A stretch of 54,090 nucleotides of DNA from Candidatus Moraniibacteriota bacterium (lineage in GTDB: Bacteria > Patescibacteriota > Minisyncoccia > Moranbacterales > UBA11712). The DNA lies in NCBI GenBank assembly GCA_028716005.1, contig JAQUQQ010000002.1, positions 1 through 54,090 of the forward strand, in the 5' to 3' direction. This document shows, one piece after another, positions 19,265 through 27,841 of the stretch. The translations under genes were made by a program, and so were the position numbers. The notes beneath the pieces are model-generated. The model made no database searches. It was given only the letters and a program-made list of their open reading frames with translations, and had not been told where the DNA came from. Position 1 is the first letter of the stretch. The number at the start of each line of letters is the position of its first letter.

Positions 19265-19639
19265 ATGAATGGAGAACAAAACATAAAAACAGTAAACTGG
19301 CTGATTGTCATCGCCGGTCTTTGGCTCATTATCGCTCCTTTCACGCTGGGGTTTGGCGGAACGATGCTTAGCATGAACGACGTGATCACGGGCATTATCA
19401 TTGCGATAATATCACTGATTGCCATCGGATTGCCGGAAGAAAGCCGATGGTTGAATTGGGTCAGCGCCATCCTGGGTATCTGGATTTTCATCACTCCTTT
19501 CTTCCTGGCATCGATTGGAAGGGTGGGCATGTGGAACAATCTGATCATTGGTGTGATCACCGTTGTCTTGGGAATTTGGGGAACCATGTCCATATCTTCG
19601 CCTTCTTCCTCCTCTTCTCAAATGTCAAAAGCTGTTTAG
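19265..19639 (+). CDS. SPW-repeat-like four-TM membrane protein
   Basis: ORF 19256-19639. The ATG at 19265 lies 8 nt after SD gggagg. Repeated W..(I/V)..G(L/I)W(L/I)(I/F)I(A/T)PF..(G/A) units; likely cotranscribed with the sigma factor. Confidence 0.55.
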   Translation: MNGEQNIKTVNWLIVIAGLWLIIAPFTLGFGGTMLSMNDVITGIIIAIISLIAIGLPEESRWLNWVSAILGIWIFITPFFLASIGRVGMWNNLIIGVITVVLGIWGTMSISSPSSSSSQMSKAV

Positions 19640-19656
19640 TCCTATGGGGGGACGAC

Positions 19657-19680
19657 AAAAAGCCTTTTTGAAGGCTTTTT
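19657..19680 (+). terminator. Rho-independent terminator
   Basis: aaaaagcct-ttttga-aggcttttt followed by gttttagtttttt. Confidence 0.8.
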
Positions 19681-19782
19681 GTTTTAGTTTTTTATGATCG
19701 GACGTTGGTTTAGTTTCGTGATAAATATTTTCAGGATATAAAAATAATTCCAAAAAAATATTTCCGACACGCAAATAGCCAT

Positions 19783-19820
19783 ATCGACAATAATTATGCT
19801 ATAGCATTTTTATTGTCGAT
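19783..19820. repeat. 38-nt near-perfect palindrome
   Basis: atcgacaataa-tt-atgcta|tagcat-tt-ttattgtcgat; only the two tt/tt positions are unpaired. Confidence 0.8.
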
Positions 19821-19918
19821 ACGATCTTGCTTTGTTGTTTTCTGAAAAATATTTTGTGAAAAAAAACAGGGCCGCCCGCGCATGGCACGAAACGACCCAG
19901 TGAATCTCCTTGGAACGG

Positions 19919-20962
19919 TCAAATGAAGATGACTTCACCGCTCCCCTCGACGACTTGGCCGATCTTATAGACCCCTTCCTCCCGAATTTCATTCGGCGAA
20001 TAGACTATAAATCCGATGCCGTTGTTGAAGGTCTTGTCCATTTCACTCTGGGCCACGTTGCCGCGTTTCTGGATCAGGGAAAAAATCGGCGGGATCGGCC
20101 ATGACCCTCTTTTGATGGCAACGGAACACCCCGGCGGAAGAATCCGCTGGGGATTTCTCGCCAGACCTCCTCCGGTGACGTTGGCCATCCCTGCGATTTC
20201 GTATTTATCATTTAAGTCAAGAATGCCCTGCCGATACAGTATCGTGGGCACGCTTACTTCCTCGAGCAGCGTCCTTCCCAATTCGGGATAATGGGCATTG
20301 AGACGCTCCCCTGCCTGATCCGGATCTTTGAAGTCGATTCCAAAAGTTGCCCAAAGTAGGCTGAAACCGTTGGAGTGCAAGCCGGAGGAGGCTATGCCAT
20401 AGGCATACATGCCGGGAACGATTGACTCGCCCATAATGAGATGCCTGCGGTCCGGAAGGATTCCGACACCGAAACCGGCTAGGTCATATTCTTCCTCCTT
20501 GTAAAAACCGGGAAGCTCAGCCATTTCCCCCCCGCCCAGACCGAATTGCGCCATGTGGCAGCCCCGGATCATTCCGCTTATTATAGCCTTAGTCCGGTCC
20601 GGCTTCTGGACACCTTGGGAGATGTAGTCCAGAAAAACTCCGTGGATGAAGCCATAGACCAGAATGTCGTTGAAGACCATAGCTGCCAGATCGATACCCA
20701 CCAGCTCATGGTAGCCGGAAATAAAAGCGGTCCGAAGTTTGGTGCCAACCCCGTCTGTAGAAAATCCAAGGACGGTCCCGCATGGCAATTCCAGGATGAA
20801 GGCGAATCCACCGATGGCGTTGATTGGTTTACCGCCAAAATACTTGTGCGTGGAAGCCGCATCTTCCCTGATTCGATCAACTGCTTCTTCACCGGCTTCA
20901 ATACTAACACCGGCACCCTCGTAAGTTAGCCCCTCTTTTGGTTCAGTCCCGCCTCCAGCCAT
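19919..20962 (-). CDS. purM: Phosphoribosylformylglycinamidine cyclo-ligase (AIR synthetase)
   Basis: ORF 19919-20977. The ATG at 20962 follows SD gaggtga. FSTDGVGTKL, NDILVYG, ANVTGGG. Confidence 0.9.
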   Translation of the reverse strand: MAGGGTEPKEGLTYEGAGVSIEAGEEAVDRIREDAASTHKYFGGKPINAIGGFAFILELPCGTVLGFSTDGVGTKLRTAFISGYHELVGIDLAAMVFNDILVYGFIHGVFLDYISQGVQKPDRTKAIISGMIRGCHMAQFGLGGGEMAELPGFYKEEEYDLAGFGVGILPDRRHLIMGESIVPGMYAYGIASSGLHSNGFSLLWATFGIDFKDPDQAGERLNAHYPELGRTLLEEVSVPTILYRQGILDLNDKYEIAGMANVTGGGLARNPQRILPPGCSVAIKRGSWPIPPIFSLIQKRGNVAQSEMDKTFNNGIGFIVYSPNEIREEGVYKIGQVVEGSGEVIFI

Positions 20963-21127
20963 ACCGTCACCTCGCAAAGTTTTTATGAAGTTTTAAAAGA
21001 AGGACCCTCCTCCGAAGAGCCCTCCGCGATTCCCTGCCTTCAGGCTAAAGGATATGCCGTTTTTAGGCAAGAAAAATCCCCGAGCCGAGATGGTCCGGGG
21101 AATGCTTCCACAACTTTCTTGAAAAAC

Positions 21128-21457
21128 TTACTTTTTTTCGGGTTCGCGGCCGTGAAGACCGACGTCTCTAAACCGGCCTCCCGGAACGGTTTGGGGATCG
21201 CCGTAGCGACCCTCCAACACTTCGGGAAGTTCGCGGTGCACAAAACCTTCCCCGACCTGGATATGGGTCCCGCCGCCCCGAATGCGGCTAGGCGGATAGT
21301 GGGTTTCAGTGGCCGCTCCTCCCCCCGTAAACACCACGTGGCAGGCATGTTCGCTCTTGAGTCCGTCGAGCATGGCCTTCTCAGATCCATCCGGAGAAAT
21401 TTCCAGAAGAGGAGGAATTTCCTCTTCTTCGGATAACTTACCTTTCTTTTTGTCCAT
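21128..21457 (-). CDS. Hypothetical 109-aa protein between purL and purM
   Basis: Strong SD aaggagg upstream of the ATG, plus its own promoter; no recognisable motif (…HACHVVFTGGGAATETHYPPSRIRGGGTHIQVGEGF…). Confidence 0.5.
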   Translation of the reverse strand: MDKKKGKLSEEEEIPPLLEISPDGSEKAMLDGLKSEHACHVVFTGGGAATETHYPPSRIRGGGTHIQVGEGFVHRELPEVLEGRYGDPQTVPGGRFRDVGLHGREPEKK

Positions 21458-21512
21458 TTAGCAAAGCCTCCTTACGATATAAATGGGTATATTTTCATTG
21501 CTATGACGTTGA

Positions 21513-21541
21513 AATTTAACGAAAAATCCGAATTTTGTCAA
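21513..21541 (-). promoter_or_regulatory. Sigma-70-like promoter for orf109-purM
   Basis: Minus strand reads ttgaca (21541-21536), 17 nt, taaatt (21518-21513). Confidence 0.5.
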
Positions 21542-21548
21542 GAAAAAT

Positions 21549-21578
21549 CCCCGCCAGGTCCTCCAGGTCCCAGCGGGG
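21549..21578 (-). terminator. Candidate terminator after purL
   Basis: Minus strand reads ccccgc-18 nt-gcgggg followed by atttttc; the loop is large, hence modest confidence. Confidence 0.4.
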
Positions 21579-21630
21579 AATTTGAATTTTTTAATTCACG
21601 CGCAAATGTTTCACGCGGGTTTTTGTTGTT

Positions 21631-24600
21631 TTACGCCGCTAGCACGAGCGGCTCTTCAGACAGGTCCTCGGTTTCCATGCACCAAAGGAACATATTCTGG
21701 AACATACGGATCCAGGGAGAATTTTGGATATGCGACCATCCATCTGGCCACCAGCCCCACTGCCATTTGAGCACGGTGCGCTCGGGATGTTCCATGAACA
21801 TCAGATGTCGTCCGGTCCGGTCGCAGAGAGCCGTTATGCCAAACGGAGAACCGCTCGGGTTGAAAGGATATTCTTCAGTTATCCGACCTTTGTCATCAAC
21901 AAACCTGATCGGAGCCAGATTTTCGTCCAGGATCCGCTTCATCACCCCCGGCGTCGGCACGAAGATCCGCCCTTCACCGTGAGCACTGCGAACTCCCAAA
22001 ATGGATCCTTCCATCCCCTTGAGATATATTGATGGGGAATCGAGAATAATGACGCTCGGGTTTCTTGATTCGAACCGCTCGCTGGTATTTTGATAGAGAG
22101 CGGGCTGGAACCGGTCATGGGTCTTCCACGGGGCGATGCCAAGGATTGCCATAAGCTGGCAACCGTTGCAGACGCCAAGCGTGAAAGTGTCCGGACGCGC
22201 GAGAAATTCGTTGAACTCGCGGGCAATTTTTTTGTTGAATTTGATCACTGCCGCGAATCCCACCGCCGAGCCCAGGACATCTTTGTAGGAGAATCCCCCC
22301 GGGAAGAATATTCCACGGAAATTTCGCAGGGATACTCTGCCGCTATCCAGATCTGACAATGTGACTTCCCACGGCTCAAAACCGGCCAGATAGCAGGCGA
22401 TCCAGGCTTCTCGGTTGCTGTTGGTGCCCTCCTCCCGAAGAACGGCAATCCGGGGTTTATCGGCAAAATCTTCGCGTGTCTGGGGATACAGATCGGGATC
22501 GAAGGTTAGCCGATATGGAGGCTTGGCCTGGTCATAAAGCATCTTTTTCTGCTTTTCGACACAGGACCGGGTTGTTTGGTGAAGGTCCATGGAATACGAC
22601 GTCTCGCGCCAGGCTTGCCGCAAATCGCGCATGTCTTTATCGATCACTATCCTGCCATTATGCGCAATGCGGATCTGCTTTTTGCGGGTTGTTTTGCCGA
22701 TGATGCGAACGATGCCTTCCAAACCCGCTTCGGCGAAACGTCCCAGGAGCTGTTCTTCGTGTTCGGGCAGATATTCGACAATAAGCCCGAGCTCCTCATT
22801 GAAAATCATAGCCATGGCTTTGGCTTTTTTGTTGGATAACCGGACATCAAGGCCGCAGTTACCGGCGAACGCCATCTCTGTGAGGGTCTTGGCAAGCCCG
22901 CCCCTGCCCTTTGCATGCCCCGAAAGCAGCATCTTTTCCCGGATGAGTTCTTGCATCAGATCAAACGTTTTCGTGATACTTTCCGGATGATCCGCATCCG
23001 TGCATTTGTTCCCGACTTGTTTGATAGTCTGGGCAAAAACACTGCCCCCAAGACGGGTCTTGCCATGAGCGAGATCAATGAAAATGAGTTTGCTTTCTCC
23101 CGGACGCTTGATGTCGGGAGTAATCCGGGCATTGATATCCGGACAGGCAGCATAGGTTGTCAGGACCAGCGTGCTAAGCGACTTTACCAGTTCATCGAAA
23201 ACCTGGGTGGCCAAAGACATGGAGTCCTTGCCGCCGTCAATGTCGATTTCCAAAATTTTCAGGAAATTCTTGAGAGCCAGAGCGGCATCATACAACCATG
23301 CCATCCCACCCGGCTGTTTCACTGGCAGCATCCAGTTGGCCGACATCTTGATCTCATCTCGTTTTGAAACGGCCACGAACATCAGTTTCATCAAAACTTC
23401 GGCCGCCACCATGCGAGCCATCGCCTCGGGGGAAATGAGGCCAAGGGTTTGACGCTGGGCAAATGAATTGGCTTCACCCACTGTTTCCAGATGACTGGCG
23501 GCGGTCAAGGCATAATCAGAGATCGGCACCTGGAGAGGCCCCGTCCTGCATCCTTGAACGACGAGTCCGGTCACACTGTCGTCGACTTTGTCTTGCGCCC
23601 ATTCCATGGAACCAACTGCCAGATGTTTATAGGATAGCTCCATGGCCTTTTGAACAGACATATACTTGGGAATTTTGAGCGGCTTCAGTTTTAAGCGACG
23701 GCGATTGTCTTTGAAGGTCTTTTGGGGATAGTCTCCCAAAATGTATTTCAGTTCATAGTCGATGATCTTCGTTTCACCGTCATCAACCACGACAATCTTG
23801 CCATCGCCGGTGATCGAACCGATTCTCGCCAGCGGCACATTCTCCCGCTCGCAGATGGACTGCAGTTTTTCCCATCCTTCCGGCTTCACCAGAACAATAA
23901 AGCTTTCCTGATATTCGGCCACAAGAATGGCTACGCGGCGGATAGACTTGTCGCCCACCGGAATCTCGCGCAGATATACTTTCGCGCCTGCCGGGAAGAC
24001 GGCTTCTTTCAGCGCGTTCATAACACCGCCGGCGCCCATATCCGTGATGAACTCGATAGGATTGTCAATGCCGAGGCAAACGCACATATAGATGACGAAA
24101 TCAACTTTCTTCGCCATCTCCCCGTTGGCCCTCTGGACTGAAGCGTGATCAAGTTTTTCGATGTTGGAGCCGCCTTGCATACTTGAAGCGGCACCGCCGC
24201 CCAGGCCAATTTCAAAGGCTTGGCCGCCGAGCTTGGCAACCCACCAACCTTTCTCTGCCAAATTCTTGATTACATGCCGGCTGTCGATGAGGCCTGTCCC
24301 GCCAGAGAACATGATCGGCTTTACGTTTTCAATACGCTCGCCGTTGATTCTCATCCCGAAGGTTTCAAGAAACAAGCCTATCAGGGGCTCGCCGGCTTCG
24401 TTAGCATCACGGAACCCGCCATTGGTGGCGAAGATGAAAAATTCCAGCGGGGATTCAGTCCGCGGGTCGTATTTGAACGACCGGTCTTCCCACGGCAGTC
24501 TTCGCGCCGGATCATTGAGATTTCCTCCCATAAAGCCGGCGATGCCACCAACTGTGATTGCTCCTCTGCCGACAGCCGCATTATCCCTATAGCGCCCGCC

Positions 24601-25575
24601 TCTCCCGGTTGCAGCACCAGGATCAGCCGCCCATAAGCAGGGATGATTGTGCGTCTCGCACGTTAGCACAAAGTGATAAAGTAGCTTGACCATGCGAAGG
24701 CGCGAGGGCATTCCCGGACGTTCGGGTATGAGAGTATTGACTGTGAAACCGCGAATGGCTGAAGCGTTGTCGTGGAAAGCGATGATGCTGTTCTCGCGAT
24801 TTTTGAGCGTGCTCCGGATCAAATCCATGAGCGTGAACGGGACAACTTCATCATCGATAACGAGCTTTGCCCGGAAAATATGGTGCCGGGAATGCTCGCA
24901 GTTCGAATTTCCGATGTCTCGCCAGGCTTCTACGGAAAGATCAAAACCAAAGATTTCTTGGACCAGATGGGCATAGTAGTTCATGTCGAACTCGTCCATC
25001 GCCAATCCATATTCTTTGTTTGCCTCGCGCAGAGCTTCAACGCCTTTTTCCAGAACCGGGACAAAGACAACGGGCTCCAGCTCCTTGGGAACCTCGAAGG
25101 TGTCTATCGGCTGGTTATAGACCGCCTCAACCATGGGGTCGTGAAGCATAGCTTCAACTTTTATTCTTTCCCCCTTCGTGAGCGGCCTCGAAGACAAAAT
25201 TTGGAAACGCCGCCCCTGCTCGAATCTATTGACACTCCCCACGCCGATTTTTTTGCAAATATTCACGGCATTGGAAGAATCTGGAGTTTCGAAAGCAAGG
25301 CGAGGATTGACCTCAATGACGTTTTCTCCTCGGAGAAACGGTTTTTCGGAGAGACTAGCCGGCCGATGGCGGTTTTTCACCAGCCATCTTATCTTTCTCA
25401 TCCGGCTGTTGGTGATCCTCCGGTCCGATTGGAGATAAAAGACTTTTTCGGTTTTTACGCCAGTGACGACGCGAACCCTCTGTTGAAGTTTTTTGCAGAG
25501 ATCCGCCGTCCGTTCTTCCGACAGCAGTGGCTCTCTGTAAAACTTGTACATGTGGTGAACATTGGCCGCCGCCAT
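21631..25575 (-). CDS. purL: Phosphoribosylformylglycinamidine synthase, large single-chain type
   Basis: 1314 aa. N-terminal PurS-like and linker region, duplicated AIR-synthase-like FGAM domains (CETHNHP), C-terminal glutaminase (GVCNGCQLMA, SAHGEGR). Confidence 0.95.
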   Translation of the reverse strand: MAAANVHHMYKFYREPLLSEERTADLCKKLQQRVRVVTGVKTEKVFYLQSDRRITNSRMRKIRWLVKNRHRPASLSEKPFLRGENVIEVNPRLAFETPDSSNAVNICKKIGVGSVNRFEQGRRFQILSSRPLTKGERIKVEAMLHDPMVEAVYNQPIDTFEVPKELEPVVFVPVLEKGVEALREANKEYGLAMDEFDMNYYAHLVQEIFGFDLSVEAWRDIGNSNCEHSRHHIFRAKLVIDDEVVPFTLMDLIRSTLKNRENSIIAFHDNASAIRGFTVNTLIPERPGMPSRLRMVKLLYHFVLTCETHNHPCLWAADPGAATGRGGRYRDNAAVGRGAITVGGIAGFMGGNLNDPARRLPWEDRSFKYDPRTESPLEFFIFATNGGFRDANEAGEPLIGLFLETFGMRINGERIENVKPIMFSGGTGLIDSRHVIKNLAEKGWWVAKLGGQAFEIGLGGGAASSMQGGSNIEKLDHASVQRANGEMAKKVDFVIYMCVCLGIDNPIEFITDMGAGGVMNALKEAVFPAGAKVYLREIPVGDKSIRRVAILVAEYQESFIVLVKPEGWEKLQSICERENVPLARIGSITGDGKIVVVDDGETKIIDYELKYILGDYPQKTFKDNRRRLKLKPLKIPKYMSVQKAMELSYKHLAVGSMEWAQDKVDDSVTGLVVQGCRTGPLQVPISDYALTAASHLETVGEANSFAQRQTLGLISPEAMARMVAAEVLMKLMFVAVSKRDEIKMSANWMLPVKQPGGMAWLYDAALALKNFLKILEIDIDGGKDSMSLATQVFDELVKSLSTLVLTTYAACPDINARITPDIKRPGESKLIFIDLAHGKTRLGGSVFAQTIKQVGNKCTDADHPESITKTFDLMQELIREKMLLSGHAKGRGGLAKTLTEMAFAGNCGLDVRLSNKKAKAMAMIFNEELGLIVEYLPEHEEQLLGRFAEAGLEGIVRIIGKTTRKKQIRIAHNGRIVIDKDMRDLRQAWRETSYSMDLHQTTRSCVEKQKKMLYDQAKPPYRLTFDPDLYPQTREDFADKPRIAVLREEGTNSNREAWIACYLAGFEPWEVTLSDLDSGRVSLRNFRGIFFPGGFSYKDVLGSAVGFAAVIKFNKKIAREFNEFLARPDTFTLGVCNGCQLMAILGIAPWKTHDRFQPALYQNTSERFESRNPSVIILDSPSIYLKGMEGSILGVRSAHGEGRIFVPTPGVMKRILDENLAPIRFVDDKGRITEEYPFNPSGSPFGITALCDRTGRHLMFMEHPERTVLKWQWGWWPDGWSHIQNSPWIRMFQNMFLWCMETEDLSEEPLVLAA

Positions 25576-25625
25576 CTCAACACCTTCCTTTCCCTTTTCG
25601 GGTTTTTCGCGGCTATTAGCGGATC

Positions 25626-26336
25626 TTAATTATCCCGCGCTCCGGCCACGACGTGATATTCGTCTTTTAGCTCAGCGGGAATCATCATACCGCGCAGATC
25701 CCGCGTGGCGTAAATAACTTTTCCGCCCTCGAGTCGCACGTGCCACTGAACCACATGATTCAGCACAAGGGATTGCACCTTGTGTTCCTCATCATTCACC
25801 CGCCGGGCCAAAGTTTCCGGAGTATCCCCCGAACAGATTGGCACCTGCCGAACAAAAATAATCGGCCCGCGGTCATAAACTTCGTCCACGAAATGCATGA
25901 TGACGGCGCTGTGAGTGATTTCCCCTCGCCGATAGGCCGCCAAAACTGCCTCATGGACGCGGTGACCATACATATTTGGCCCGCCAAAGCGCGGCAAAGG
26001 CCCCGGATGAATGTTGATGGTCCGCGCCGGATCAAGTCCGGCCGCCAGTTTCAGCCAGCCGGAGAGCATGAAGAAATCCGCGTTGTATTTCTTCGCGAAT
26101 CTTTGATAGTCCTCGGCTGTGTAGGGTCCCGGCCAATACTCAAATGGGGTCGTGAACTCATCTGCATATCCCCGAACGCCACCGTGTTCATGATTGGAAA
26201 CCACTCCCACGATGTCAGCTTCAAGTTTGGGCGGAATAGACCGCATGGCCCTGACCATCGTCTCGAATCCCGACCCGCCGCCGGTTTTCGTTCCGGAGGC
26301 AAACACCAAAATTCTCGGCTTCGTTATGCTGTTCAT
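25626..26336 (-). CDS. purN: Phosphoribosylglycinamide formyltransferase-like
   Basis: 236 aa. ILVFASGTKTGGGSG, INIHPGPLPRFGG, HFVDEVYDRGPII. SD aaggag upstream. Confidence 0.8.
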   Translation of the reverse strand: MNSITKPRILVFASGTKTGGGSGFETMVRAMRSIPPKLEADIVGVVSNHEHGGVRGYADEFTTPFEYWPGPYTAEDYQRFAKKYNADFFMLSGWLKLAAGLDPARTINIHPGPLPRFGGPNMYGHRVHEAVLAAYRRGEITHSAVIMHFVDEVYDRGPIIFVRQVPICSGDTPETLARRVNDEEHKVQSLVLNHVVQWHVRLEGGKVIYATRDLRGMMIPAELKDEYHVVAGARDN

Positions 26337-26531
26337 AGCATTCTCCTTAGTTTATTACCGCGGAAATTTGAATTCGGTTATCATATTTTTCAGCACCAGA
26401 AATGCTGCTTGATCAGAAATTTACACAAATTTTCAGTTTTCAACGAGCTATATCATAAAAAAGACTAGCCCTCCAAATAGCCAGTCCTCCTGTGCTTTCA
26501 GGCTAACAAATACGGGCTATTATAGCAATCA

Positions 26532-26560
26532 TTGACAAACGCGCTCCCACGTGCTACAAT
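26532..26560 (+). promoter_or_regulatory. Near-consensus sigma-70 promoter
   Basis: ttgaca (26532-26537), 17 nt, tacaat (26555-26560). Confidence 0.7.
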
Positions 26561-26576
26561 TGCCATCAGTTATCGA

Positions 26577-26690
26577 GTTAGGCGTAAGTATCCAAGTATT
26601 TTAGAATATTGGGAATACAAGAAAGTCGTTCGCCTAAGTTAGAGCTATTTTGACCCTGAAAAGTCAAGATTATTAAAAAGTTAGGCGAAC
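26577..26690 (+). promoter_or_regulatory. Structured 5' leader with mutually exclusive pairings
   Basis: Segment 2 gttcgcctaa (26628-26637) can pair with ttaggcg (26578-26584), or perfectly (10 bp) with ttaggcgaac (26681-26690), which ends 5 nt before the ATG. Confidence 0.45.
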
Positions 26691-26695
26691 ACAAG

Positions 26696-26923
26696 ATGTA
26701 CGATCAAAACAGACCGCAGAGGCAGATGCACGATGTATCTTCTCTCGGACTCAAGTGCACAGAGTGCGGCGTGGACATCACGGAACTTCCGTTTGAGCCC
26801 ACCAAGCGCGATGACGGCACTTATGGCCGACTCTACTGCCAGCCCTGCAATCGCAACCGAAGAAAAAGCTTCGGAGGCGGAGGCTCGGGTTTCGGCGGCG
26901 GCGGTCGAAGAGACCGATACTAA
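26696..26923 (+). CDS. Small zinc-ribbon protein with Gly/Arg-rich tail
   Basis: 75 aa. CTEC...CQPC zinc ribbon; C-terminal SFGGGGSGFGGGGRRDRY. Confidence 0.6.
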   Translation: MYDQNRPQRQMHDVSSLGLKCTECGVDITELPFEPTKRDDGTYGRLYCQPCNRNRRKSFGGGGSGFGGGGRRDRY

Positions 26924-26935
26924 GTCGAACAATAG

Positions 26936-26970
26936 CAACCCCCCGCGAGGGGGGTTGTTTTTTGTTTTTT
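26936..26970 (+). terminator. Rho-independent terminator
   Basis: caacccccc-gcga-ggggggttg followed by ttttttgttttttt. Confidence 0.9.
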
Positions 26971-27000
26971 TGGCTTGAATGGTGCTAAAATTAAACCACT

Positions 27001-27795
27001 ATGAAACCCGGTAAAAAAAATGTTTTTTTTGTCATTGTCATTCTTGTCTTTCTCGCGGCATTTTTTGCTTTCTCCGCCAAAAAGCCCGCTAGCAAACAGG
27101 AAAAAGCAAATATTGCCGATAACCAAGCCGAGAGTAGCCTGAAGGGGGAAATAGCGGAAACTGAACAGCCAGAGCCGGCTCCAGAAGAAAATACCGAGAA
27201 ACCCGCGGAAGATCCAAAGCCCCAAATCCCCGAAAAATTTTCGCTCGATACCCCCTTCTATTCCCAGGCCCCGCTTTCCAAGTGGGACGCCTTTCACGAA
27301 GATATGTGCGAAGAAGCATCGGTGCTCAACGCCGCGCTATATCTCGAAGAAAAAAAGCTGACAAAAGAACAATTCGAAGCCGAGCTCCAAAAAATGCAAA
27401 ACGCGGAGAAAAAAGAAATCGGCGAGTGGAAAAGCACAACCGTCACCCAAATCAAGAAAGTTTCCGATATATATTTTGATGGAAAAATAAAGTCAAAAAT
27501 CATCGACAACCCGACTATCGAAGATATCGAGGCAGAAATTGCCGCCGGCCATCCTGTTGTTGTCCCTCTTGCCGGCCGCGACATCGGAAACCCCAATTTT
27601 ACCCCGCCGGGACCGGTCTATCATATGCTGACCATCAAAGGATATGACACCCAAAACTTCATCACCAACGACGTCGGCACGCGGAAAGGCAATTCGTATC
27701 CCTACAAAAAAGGGGTGATTATGAAGAATATGCACGATTGGAATGAAAAAGACATCCACCTTGGAGAAAAAAGATTATTGGTATTGTATAAATAG
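27001..27795 (+). CDS. Membrane-anchored C39-like (papain-fold) peptidase domain protein
   Basis: 264 aa. TM helix, acidic linker, then PFYSQAPLSKWDAFHEDMCEEASVLNAALYL ... HMLTIKGYD ... NDVG. Confidence 0.65.
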   Translation: MKPGKKNVFFVIVILVFLAAFFAFSAKKPASKQEKANIADNQAESSLKGEIAETEQPEPAPEENTEKPAEDPKPQIPEKFSLDTPFYSQAPLSKWDAFHEDMCEEASVLNAALYLEEKKLTKEQFEAELQKMQNAEKKEIGEWKSTTVTQIKKVSDIYFDGKIKSKIIDNPTIEDIEAEIAAGHPVVVPLAGRDIGNPNFTPPGPVYHMLTIKGYDTQNFITNDVGTRKGNSYPYKKGVIMKNMHDWNEKDIHLGEKRLLVLYK

Positions 27796-27841
27796 GGATT
27801 TTGCTATATTATATAAGGAGCTTAAAACGTGAAAATACGCT

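Noticed and set aside
21040-21390. Alternative 116-aa frame overlapping orf109
   Set aside because: It has no SD or promoter in register and its composition is not protein-like. The 21128-21457 frame has aaggagg upstream of its ATG.
21631-25629. Many plus-strand ORFs inside purL (for example 24772-25629, 285 aa; 22915-23367)
   Set aside because: They are antisense to a full-length, motif-complete purL. Their low-complexity, Arg/Ser-rich translations are typical of shadow ORFs. The same applies to plus-strand ORFs over copA (379-993, 1843-2085) and to shadow ORFs in the other large genes.
12000-26340. Declaring the arg and pur blocks as genomic islands on GC content
   Set aside because: The compositional shift is only modest by eye, and copA is also GC-rich. 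I report SD usage and gene content as evidence and leave GC and codon statistics as a check to be run.
26337-26531. Possible purine/ZTP-type riboswitch upstream of purN
   Set aside because: Nested tagccc/gggcta and tagcc/ggcta pairings exist, but I could not recognise ZTP, purine, PRPP or THF riboswitch consensus elements. This needs an Infernal scan before any claim.
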